Virus record (IMG/VR): IMGVR_UViG_3300036770_008729
Span: 186,001 to 250,000 of that record
Strand: one strand, 5' to 3'
DNA: 64,000 nt
In this document: in pieces, positions 52,463 through 59,756 of the stretch
How positions within the stretch are numbered: position 1 is the first letter of the stretch
How the letters are laid out: each line of letters starts with the position of its first letter
Program-made: the position numbers and the translations under genes
Notes under the pieces: generated by a model
The model's database searches: none
Seen by the model: the letters and a program-made list of their open reading frames with translations, nothing else
Told to the model about the DNA's origin: nothing

Positions 52463-52731
52463 GGAATAAAATGACTTACTGGATAGAAATTAATATAGAT
52501 GAAATCTACTTATATGGAAAAAAAACTCCACTATTAAAAGACCAACAACTCGAAGTCCAAATGATAAACGGAGAAGCTAAAATAATAATAGACGGAATAC
52601 CACACAAAAACCTCCTCCTATTCAAAGATAAAACTTATACCATATCATCACTAATCGGAATGAATTATATCTCCGACATAACTGGACAAATCGAAAGAAA
52701 TAACAAACTAAATAAATTAGGAATAGAATGA
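52459..52731 (+). CDS. Hypothetical protein with tag (ERNNKLNKLGI)
   Basis: ORF track. Confidence 0.7.
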   Translation: MRNKMTYWIEINIDEIYLYGKKTPLLKDQQLEVQMINGEAKIIIDGIPHKNLLLFKDKTYTISSLIGMNYISDITGQIERNNKLNKLGIE

Positions 52732-52919
52732 CCAATAATACCTCAATAGTCGATATCAATCCAAATAGATGTCAAATCATAGAAATTATCAATCAACAAG
52801 ATGATTGGATAGTAGCTATAGTTAAAGCCAGACTAATAGGTGGCAAACGATGGAAAAAGAGAAAAGTACTCCTAAGTAAATCTGAATTCAGACAAATACA
52901 ATTAGGTAAATTAGTATGA
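52728..52919 (+). CDS. Hypothetical protein with tag (FRQIQLGKLV)
   Basis: ORF track. Confidence 0.6.
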   Translation: MTNNTSIVDINPNRCQIIEIINQQDDWIVAIVKARLIGGKRWKKRKVLLSKSEFRQIQLGKLV

Positions 52920-52922
52920 AGA

Positions 52923-53558
52923 TTATATACTGAACTTTCTTACTGCACGTACAGATTGACTATTAGACTTACCAGTGACATTGGCTAACCCAGTTAGAAA
53001 GTTAAAATTACAAGCGTTAACGCTGAAGTTTTCCGTACTACTCCAATATGCACTCAAAGATAATTGAGTACCACCAACAATCTCTAATCCTTGTGCCACT
53101 TCTAACATATTACAATATAGCTTATTAAGCTCATGTATAGCAGGAAGATACCAATCATTTTTCCCACCATTAGTTGATGAATCACACAAAAAAGCAGCAC
53201 CTGAAGTAGCTCCTGACTGTGTAATAATAAATTGTGTATTTACATCACCACTCCACAAACTATTACCCGATGTTTCACTGTTGGTAATATTACTCCAAGC
53301 ACTTGATGCTAAATTTTGCAAATCCACTACAAGATAAGATTGTGTACTACCTGTTAAATACCTATGAAATATAACCCCACCCTGATCACTAACATATTCA
53401 CCAACCTCATAAGTGAATTCTGATGACCCACCAGCATTACTTATTGTCGCTCCACTCTGAATCGATAAATTTCCACCACTTATTCCTAAATATTTATAAC
53501 CAGTTGGAGCTATTCCACCAGTTAGACCATTTTCTGATAAAACTATTCTTTTTGCCAT
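52923..53558 (-). CDS. DUF1566 (Lcl-type C-lectin-like) domain protein with shared fibre N-module
   Basis: DWYLPAIHEL, YWSSTE, VRAVRKF; MAKRIVL..APTGY. Confidence 0.8.
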   Translation of the reverse strand: MAKRIVLSENGLTGGIAPTGYKYLGISGGNLSIQSGATISNAGGSSEFTYEVGEYVSDQGGVIFHRYLTGSTQSYLVVDLQNLASSAWSNITNSETSGNSLWSGDVNTQFIITQSGATSGAAFLCDSSTNGGKNDWYLPAIHELNKLYCNMLEVAQGLEIVGGTQLSLSAYWSSTENFSVNACNFNFLTGLANVTGKSNSQSVRAVRKFSI

Positions 53559-53757
53559 TTCTATTACATTATTTTTATATAACTATATATTAAATCACAG
53601 AATAAAGTATTATGGCTTCTTCTTAGTATCTAAACTCTTTAAGTAATAATACCACCACATATATGGGAACTGATAGGTTGCTATAACTAGTGTCATGTAG
53701 TTTAATATTAGGTCTTGAGCAGTATCATTATTTGACTTCATATAGTATATATTATGA

Positions 53758-53910
53758 TACAAAAAAGATATAATTATTTTGTATTACGGGGTAAAATGGG
53801 CGAAATTTTATACAAAAAGATGAACGGAATTTTGTAAAGGTTTGAAACAGGATACAGAAAAGTGCGGCGGAATTTTGTATCAGATACAGAAAAATGTGCA
53901 TATTTTTGTA
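53758..53910. repeat. Four tandem 26-27 bp TACARAAA-N-TTTTGTA palindromes
   Basis: 53758-53783, 53811-53836, 53853-53879, 53885-53910. Confidence 0.75.
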
Positions 53911-54062
53911 TTAAAATGAGTCAATCCTATGACGATTCCTAAAAGCCTGTCAGAACCCATCTTTCAGTACTTCAAAGTAAATACACAGTGTCGAAAAAAA
54001 TCTCACAGCCGTTTCACACAACTTGATTGAAAACCTGCGCACATTTTCTCCATATATAGTAT

Positions 54063-54242
54063 ATGGAACAGAATGATGAATTTGAATCGGCCAAAAAAGG
54101 CGTAAAGAAAACTAAGAGATTAGCAGTCAGTATTAGCTCAGAAACTTTTGACCGCCTCAAAGCCTATATAGAGGTGAATGGTTATGATACTTCTAAGTTA
54201 GTTGATAAGATATTGCAGAAGTTTTTAGATGTGAAGAAGTGA
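54063..54242 (+). CDS. Ribbon-helix-helix DNA-binding protein (59 aa)
   Basis: Translated manually: KRLAVSISSETFDRLKAYIEVNGYDTSKLVDKILQKFL. Confidence 0.7.
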   Translation: MEQNDEFESAKKGVKKTKRLAVSISSETFDRLKAYIEVNGYDTSKLVDKILQKFLDVKK

Positions 54243-54257
54243 GACATAATGTGACAT

Positions 54258-54446
54258 CTAACTCTCTCTACTGATAATTATACTATTATGGCGTTGTATT
54301 ATTAATTCACCACTCTCACTTTTAGAAGTAGATATCCAACTAGGAATATCAATAGTAGAGGTGGTATCATCTAATAAGGTAATAGTAATGGTTTTCGATG
54401 TGATTTCGAGTTTTTTGATATTGTCTAATTTTGGTGAGTTTCTCAT
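54258..54446 (-). CDS. Small hypothetical protein
   Basis: ORF track. Confidence 0.5.
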   Translation of the reverse strand: MRNSPKLDNIKKLEITSKTITITLLDDTTSTIDIPSWISTSKSESGELIIQRHNSIIISRES

Positions 54447-54508
54447 TTGTTTAATATTTTATTTTGGTTTCTGAAGTGAGAGATATTCTCCAAAAAAAGG
54501 TTTTTACC

Positions 54509-54569
54509 ATAATACAAATATAGGTATTTTATATAAGAAATACAAAAATCCGCTACGTTTTTTTGTATT
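54509..54569. repeat. Composite intergenic repeat R1 (minus-strand -33/-7 promoter plus palindrome)
   Basis: Near-identical to 54818-54879. Confidence 0.85.
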
Positions 54570-54576
54570 GTTAGAA

Positions 54577-54819
54577 TTATAACATTGCATGTGGGCAACT
54601 TAATTTATAGCACCATTCTTGTGCTTCTGAATAGTTTTTGCAGGGGATTAATTGGTGAGACTTTGCATTAACTACAAAATGTTCTTTATTAATTAGTATA
54701 TGTGTATATCCAACTACATCTTTCATAAGGTCAAATATAGTGAAAGGATCCCCATTGGGATGTAGGGTAATTTCAGCTTTAATATAATGACCGCTTTGAG
54801 GTGTGAGGAATTTTATCAT
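54577..54819 (-). CDS. Small hypothetical protein, probably leaderless
   Basis: TATATTTG 4 nt before ATG. Confidence 0.65.
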   Translation of the reverse strand: MIKFLTPQSGHYIKAEITLHPNGDPFTIFDLMKDVVGYTHILINKEHFVVNAKSHQLIPCKNYSEAQEWCYKLSCPHAML

Positions 54820-54915
54820 AATACAAATATAGGTATTTTATATAAGAAATACAAAAATCCGCTACGTTTTTTTGTATTAATAGGCACAAAAAAAGGAGAA
54901 AGTTTAATTTCTCCT
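54818..54915. repeat. Composite repeat R2 (promoter, palindrome, terminator)
   Basis: Shares segments with R1, R3 and R4. Confidence 0.85.
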
Positions 54916-54937
54916 CACTCATTGTTTTTCATTGAAT

Positions 54938-55477
54938 TTAAAAATTCAATTTAGGTTTTAAAATTGTTCCACCTTTCTGATTAGACTTCCAATCAGATGC
55001 TGAGCTATGTGTCTTATCTTTTTGTTTATCAAAACCAAAAGAGGTATATGAACTTTTAGCAGTCATACCAATTTTCGCCAAGTGTTCGAATTTTTCTTGA
55101 TCCATTTCACCCACAGTAATTATAACAGCCTTTATAATGCTTTTAGTTTCTTCACCAAAGTCTTGGAGATTCCTGTTGATTCCATCTCTTCTATCTTGAA
55201 AGTATTGTCGAGCTTCTAAATATGGAGTTCTTTCATCAAGCTTCACATCATTTGATACTTCATTTGTAAATACAAGACAAGCTGCTAAAAACTTTTTTTG
55301 TGTTGATTTATCTTCAATTGACTTTTCAATAGTATTTAGTGGTTTACTCATCTGATTCGCAACTGCTGTTGTTGAAACACCACCTAAAAGTGCAATACTT
55401 GCTAGTAGATTATGATACCAAGCTTCATTGATACTTTGATATTCATTATAATTTTTTACAAACTTCATCTTTTTCAT
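54938..55477 (-). CDS. CTS-type protein with TM-like segment (start MKKMKF at 55477)
   Basis: MKFVKNYNEYQSINE; late motif at about 55500. Confidence 0.75.
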   Translation of the reverse strand: MKKMKFVKNYNEYQSINEAWYHNLLASIALLGGVSTTAVANQMSKPLNTIEKSIEDKSTQKKFLAACLVFTNEVSNDVKLDERTPYLEARQYFQDRRDGINRNLQDFGEETKSIIKAVIITVGEMDQEKFEHLAKIGMTAKSSYTSFGFDKQKDKTHSSASDWKSNQKGGTILKPKLNF

Positions 55478-55522
55478 AATTACATTTATTTTTATGATGT
55501 ATATATTAAAATGGAGGAGATA

Positions 55523-55572
55523 TTTTTTTGTATTTAATAGGCACAAAAAAAGGAGAAAGTTTAATTTCTCCT
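55523..55572 (-). terminator. Repeat R3 with minus-strand terminator aggagaaa-ttaaac-tttctcc-ttttttt
   Basis: Same hairpin in R2 and R4, each downstream of a minus-strand gene. Confidence 0.8.
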
Positions 55573-55591
55573 AATTTGTTTATCATTCTAA

Positions 55592-56110
55592 TTAACTCTT
55601 TTTTGTTAACCATTCTTTGTTAATACGCTCACGTTCACGATTCACATAATAGCGTTTGGTATATATATACTTTTCTCTTAATGACTCAGGTACTTTTGAA
55701 TATTCCACTTGAGTTTCAGGAAAAATTAATGAAGAATTTACTGATATTTCAGGTAAAGTTCTTAGCTGAGGTTTTACTAATTCTTTATTTACTTTTGATT
55801 CCCATTCACTATGATACTCCGACATTACTGATTCTGGTTCCATATCTTCTCTATACATAACATATAATTTTAATCTATATGAACCCATTTGCATAGAATC
55901 AGATATTGCAAAATTGACAGTTTTTTCATCATTAAGGTATAAATTTTCATTCTCATTTAAAGAATTAACAATATTAACTTTCCAACCATTTTTTTCTAAA
56001 TGTAATTGTAAGCCTTCTATAAAATCTTTCATTTTATGATCAATGTGTTCAGAAGTCTTTTGTATAGATAACCAGTTTTCAAATAACTTAATATACTTTA
56101 GATTTTTCAT
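55592..56110 (-). CDS. Hypothetical protein with CTS-like N-terminus
   Basis: MKNLKYIKLFEN. Confidence 0.75.
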   Translation of the reverse strand: MKNLKYIKLFENWLSIQKTSEHIDHKMKDFIEGLQLHLEKNGWKVNIVNSLNENENLYLNDEKTVNFAISDSMQMGSYRLKLYVMYREDMEPESVMSEYHSEWESKVNKELVKPQLRTLPEISVNSSLIFPETQVEYSKVPESLREKYIYTKRYYVNRERERINKEWLTKKS

Positions 56111-56157
56111 AGTAATAATTTTACTTTTTAGTATATATTAAAAAAATGAGATTTTTT

Positions 56158-56275
56158 ATATAGGTATTTTATTTAAGAAATACTCACTTCGTGAGAGTGT
56201 CTTTAGACACTACAAAAATCCGCTACGTTTTTTTGTATTAATAGGCACAAAAAAAGGAGAAAGTTTAATTTCTCC
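56158..56275. repeat. Composite repeat R4 with about 30 bp double-hairpin insertion
   Basis: R2-like with ctcac-ttc-gtgag and agtgtc-ttta-gacact inserted. Confidence 0.8.
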
Positions 56276-56295
56276 CTTCATATTTTTATTATTTT

Positions 56296-57606
56296 TTATT
56301 GTTCATCTGATAGAGAGTAGTTGATTTCATCCAGAATTGAATCGGTTGGGAATTTTTCTCCTCTTTTATTATAAAAGAAACCATCTCTAAATTTTACCAA
56401 TTCGGAATCATCATTCATATTATCAGGTAATACACAATCATTCCATAATTCGATAATTTGATTAGGTGTAGTAGTTTTGCCAATTTCCACTCTTAATACT
56501 TCGAGTTCTTCTGGAATTTCAATTTGGGGTTCTTGCTCTGATTTAGCTCCTTGTTCTGCTTTTATACGAGCTTCTATTTCTTTGGCATGATCTTCTAAGT
56601 TCTTTGCTGAGGCATCTGCCTTTCTAATAGGATTGCCTTTTTCGTCCTTAATTAGATTGCCGTCTTTATCTAAAAGAAAGTCTTCTTCATATTCTGGTAG
56701 CAACCCTAACTTTTTACGTTGTTCTAAATCTTTTTTATCTCTTTCTCTAATACCAGCAGCGGCTCTTTTATAAGTCTCTGGATTTAATTCTTCATTAACG
56801 AATGATTCAAATAATTTTAGGTATTTCATATTATTTTTACTTTCAGCAACTGATTTTTCAGACTCATCAATTACTCTTTTAAGTTCAGCTGTATTATCAA
56901 CACTAACAACTTCATCAAATCCTTCTTTTGATAAAACATCTTTTATTTTTTCTTCATCAAAAGGAATGCCTTTATCATCTTGTAAGTCATATGATGTAAA
57001 CATTCTATCAAATGCAGCAGGTGGTATAGTTTTAGATTTACCTTTAGCTTTCATTTCTTCTGATCTTTTAGCTGCCATTTTTTTGATAATTTCTTCAGCT
57101 CCTTTGAAGTTAAAAACAACTGCTACTTTATGATATTCGCCTTCAACACCTTCAATAACTTTAAGTGCTCCTTTTCTTGAACCAGAGTTCATATTGGTCA
57201 TATCGACTACAATATTTTCTTTTCCTTTACCTTCGGCAATTCTTTTGTTAAATATATCTTGAATTTTACCGTTAGCTTCTAAAACTCTATCATAAGAAAG
57301 TGGTGCCCAAGTCATATAAGCTGGTGATTTAATAACGGTGCCATATTTTTCATTTTTATCACCTTCTTTTTCAACATCTTTAATGGGTAATGAGAAAAGG
57401 TCATCATATGTCCAACCATACTCTGCATACTCTTCAGCAACTTTTTCGACAATATCATCTCTATTTATTACAAATGGTTGTATTTCACCAAATTTGGTTT
57501 TTATCCAAGTTGATTTACCTACAGATGGAGGTCCAATAAGAACATATATTGTTTTATCTTTAACTTCTTCACCTTCAAATACTCTGAAATTTTTAATATT
57601 CCTCAT
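56296..57606 (-). CDS. P-loop kinase (AAA_33 / PNK-like) with N-terminal and internal CTS-like motifs
   Basis: GPPSVGKSTW, INRDDI, VVDMTNM..SR; MRNIKNFRVFE and MKYLKLFESFVNEE. Confidence 0.8.
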   Translation of the reverse strand: MRNIKNFRVFEGEEVKDKTIYVLIGPPSVGKSTWIKTKFGEIQPFVINRDDIVEKVAEEYAEYGWTYDDLFSLPIKDVEKEGDKNEKYGTVIKSPAYMTWAPLSYDRVLEANGKIQDIFNKRIAEGKGKENIVVDMTNMNSGSRKGALKVIEGVEGEYHKVAVVFNFKGAEEIIKKMAAKRSEEMKAKGKSKTIPPAAFDRMFTSYDLQDDKGIPFDEEKIKDVLSKEGFDEVVSVDNTAELKRVIDESEKSVAESKNNMKYLKLFESFVNEELNPETYKRAAAGIRERDKKDLEQRKKLGLLPEYEEDFLLDKDGNLIKDEKGNPIRKADASAKNLEDHAKEIEARIKAEQGAKSEQEPQIEIPEELEVLRVEIGKTTTPNQIIELWNDCVLPDNMNDDSELVKFRDGFFYNKRGEKFPTDSILDEINYSLSDEQ

Positions 57607-57697
57607 GCTATTATATTTCCTTTTTTATTTATAGTATATATTATAAATTGAGGAGATATTTTTAATAATCAGTTCAACGGTGTATTGGACTCTTTTG

Positions 57698-57810
57698 TAG
57701 TCAGGACAGGAATCGAACCTGCATGTGGGCCTTGTGTGTATTTCAACTATACTGCGGGTTTATCCACTCCGTTTAACTATTCGGTGCGTTTACCATTTCG
57801 CTACCTGACT
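57698..57810 (-). ncRNA. tRNA-scaffold RNA A (113 nt)
   Basis: AGTCAGG/CCTGACT acceptor, GCG/CGC D-stem, GCAGG-TTCGATT-CCTGT T-arm, no canonical anticodon arm. Confidence 0.75.
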
Positions 57811-57812
57811 AT

Positions 57813-57893
57813 TTGAGGATGAGAAGCCCTCTGTGTTGGTAGTAACTCAACTATCTACATTTACTCATCTCCTTTCTCAAGGGAACAACACAA
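57813..57893 (-). ncRNA. Structured RNA, kissing-loop type, copy 1
   Basis: Conserved ends shared with 58888-58981. Confidence 0.55.
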
Positions 57894-57976
57894 AAAATTA
57901 GAGTTGTTTCGGGAGCTTCACCCGCCTTCGAATATACTTGTATCTCTCAGTTAAGAGTCAATACGAGCTTTTTACT

Positions 57977-58348
57977 TTACAACTCAAATAGTATATTATT
58001 TAATTTCATTTCTCTTATTTTTTCATTTAAGTAAGGTCTTTTAGAAAGCATTGACCATACTGGTCCATAATTGTTAATTAGTGGTTTTGTATGGATTGTG
58101 ATATCAGATATATTTAATGTGTAGTCCATTTTTACATAGCCATATCTTTTATCTGCTTTTGCAACACCGGTAGATTCTACTCTGATAAATTCATCAGATA
58201 TGTTAATAATGTTATATTCCCACATATCACCAGCTTCTTCATATCCAGAGTCGTTAGGTATAAACAACCTAAATTGGACTATTGGATCATAAACAAATCC
58301 TAGACTGGCAAATATATCAATCAGGTCTTTAAGTATTTTATTTTTCAT
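57977..58348 (-). CDS. Hypothetical protein with tag (IREMKLNNIL)
   Basis: ORF track. Confidence 0.7.
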   Translation of the reverse strand: MKNKILKDLIDIFASLGFVYDPIVQFRLFIPNDSGYEEAGDMWEYNIINISDEFIRVESTGVAKADKRYGYVKMDYTLNISDITIHTKPLINNYGPVWSMLSKRPYLNEKIREMKLNNILFEL

Positions 58349-58452
58349 AAATTATTAAAACCAATATAAGCAATTATTATTACTAGTATCATAAGGATTA
58401 AACATCCATTATCTTCTGCACCAATTGGGTCGTTATCTAAATTATCATTCAT
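58345..58452 (-). CDS. 35-aa single-TM peptide (MNDNLDNDPIGAEDNGCLILMILVIIIAYIGFNNL)
   Basis: Translated manually; ATGA overlap with next gene. Confidence 0.5.
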   Translation of the reverse strand: MNDNLDNDPIGAEDNGCLILMILVIIIAYIGFNNL

Positions 58453-58457
58453 AAATG

Positions 58458-58563
58458 TAGTCAGGACAGGACTCGAACCTATAATCTGAATAACCTATAT
58501 CATCTTGATTTATTACCAATGATATTTTGTATTCACGCTTTAACCCAATTTCGCCACCTGACT
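58458..58563 (-). ncRNA. tRNA-scaffold RNA B (106 nt)
   Basis: Same acceptor; ATAGG-TTCGAGT-CCTGT T-arm; elongated helix in place of anticodon arm. Confidence 0.75.
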
Positions 58564-58569
58564 AATTAA

Positions 58570-58709
58570 AATATGAAGGCATATCGGTCGTTCCCAAGTT
58601 TGAATGATTAACCCCTGCCATACTCTTTGACTCGCTAAAGTCATACCATTTGAGATGTTAATCCTTGTCTGATTGGACTATACGTAACTCATCCACTCAG
58701 CTTCATATT
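58570..58709 (-). ncRNA. Stem-closed RNA element (140 nt)
   Basis: Terminal IR aatatgaag/cttcatatt between scaffolds B and C. Confidence 0.45.
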
Positions 58710-58712
58710 GTG

Positions 58713-58883
58713 TAGTCAGGACAGGACTTGAACCTGTATGTTTAGTTTTTACACTTTCACTTTTGATCAGATACTTGTGAAGGATGTTAATCAGACTTCG
58801 GTGAGATCAAATCACCTACACATCTACTCTAAACTTAACCTACCCTTTAGGATTTTCACGTCTACTAATTCCGTCACCTGACT
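58713..58883 (-). ncRNA. tRNA-scaffold RNA C (171 nt)
   Basis: Same acceptor; covarying D-stem ACG/CGT; ACAGG-TTCAAGT-CCTGT; multibranch insert. Confidence 0.75.
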
Positions 58884-58887
58884 ATAT

Positions 58888-58981
58888 TTGAGGATGAGAA
58901 GTCCTCTGTGTTGTAGAAGATTACACATCTATTCTTCTCTTTGCATTTCAGTTTCATTCCTTTCTCAAGGGAACAACACAA
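58888..58981 (-). ncRNA. Structured RNA, kissing-loop type, copy 2
   Basis: TGTGTTG/CAACACA stem, CCTT-GAGA-AAGG, GAGGA-CTTCTCA-TCCTC. Confidence 0.55.
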
Positions 58982-58988
58982 TATTTTA

Positions 58989-59203
58989 TAAACAACTACC
59001 GCCTTCTAAGTTGGGTGTTTGTATAGGCCCAAACCCCTATACTCCATCCTTTACATAATTTTTCAATGTATCTATAAACACATTAACCTAAACCACCCAC
59101 ATCTTAGAAATGTGAGGTAACTCTTCCTACTCTGACATGATTAATAATGACCGTTGATAATCATTAATAGAGTCAATATTTAGTGTTAATCAGTAGTTGT
59201 TTA
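58989..59203 (-). ncRNA. Stem-closed RNA element (215 nt)
   Basis: 13-bp terminal stem with a G-U pair on the minus strand; internal hairpins. Confidence 0.5.
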
Positions 59204-59206
59204 ATA

Positions 59207-59218
59207 TTTCAAAGAACT
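59207..59218 (-). promoter_or_regulatory. boxA-like AGTTCTTTGAAA
   Basis: 3' of scaffold D; repeated 3' of element E. Confidence 0.45.
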
Positions 59219-59223
59219 ATTTG

Positions 59224-59345
59224 TAGTCAGGACAGGATTCGAACCTGTAAGGTAACATTCGGTTTCAAGACTCTCCTCTATACCGATCAGAGGATGTAGT
59301 TACCACTTTACTCGTCTAATGCGTCTACCATTCCGCCACCTGACT
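59224..59345 (-). ncRNA. tRNA-scaffold RNA D (122 nt)
   Basis: Same acceptor; GCG-GAATGGTAGA-CGC Leu/Ser-type D arm; ACAGG-TTCGAAT-CCTGT. Confidence 0.75.
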
Positions 59346-59350
59346 ATGAA

Positions 59351-59422
59351 ATACCGATGCCTTTACTTTCACGAGGACTTGCGTGTCTTCTTAACATTAC
59401 TGTCTTAGGACCCCATCGGTAT
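59351..59422 (-). ncRNA. Stem-closed RNA element (72 nt)
   Basis: IR ataccgatg/catcggtat. Confidence 0.45.
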
Positions 59423-59426
59423 ATTA

Positions 59427-59653
59427 TGAATCAATCAAGAGCACTTATCTTTATGTTCAGAAGGTCATTCTCTATTCCACAAATTAATTTTACAGATGGT
59501 AGTACTTTTACAAAAACTTTTGCGTGTTTTATGCTCGGACTTATACACGTTATCAGCCATTAAAAAAGCAGGCCTATCGTAAACACTTACTCAAAGGATG
59601 GACATCAAGGAGCCTAATCCCCAATGAATTGGGTTTAACCAGTGATTGATTCA
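59427..59653 (-). ncRNA. Stem-closed RNA element (227 nt)
   Basis: Perfect 11-bp IR tgaatcaatca/tgattgattca. Confidence 0.45.
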
Positions 59654-59674
59654 ATATATTCAAAGAACTATTTG

Positions 59675-59750
59675 TCGTTAGGGTAGGACTCGAACCTACA
59701 ATCTTTCGGGATTTTCACCCGAACGCTCTATCAAATTGAGCCACCTAACT
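59675..59750 (-). tRNA. tRNA-Phe-like element with damaged anticodon arm (pseudo-tRNA E)
   Basis: AGTTAGG acceptor (A1-G72 mismatch), GCTC/GAGC D-stem, TTCGGG-TGAAAAT-CCCGAA, GTAGG-TTCGAGT-CCTAC. Confidence 0.6.
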
Positions 59751-59756
59751 ATAATA

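Noticed and set aside
52923-53558. DUF1566 gene as a diversity-generating retroelement target
   Set aside because: No template repeat or reverse transcriptase in the window
57813-58981. Kissing-loop element as an HDV-like theta or hammerhead ribozyme
   Set aside because: I could not fit HDV topology or the CUGANGA/GAAA core, and it lies 5' rather than 3' of the tRNA-like units
57698-59345. tRNA-like repeats as a CRISPR array, tmRNA or group I intron-containing tRNAs
   Set aside because: No cas genes and the repeats are split tRNA arms; no Ala G3-U70 acceptor or tag ORF; inserts are only about 50-115 nt, too short for a group I core
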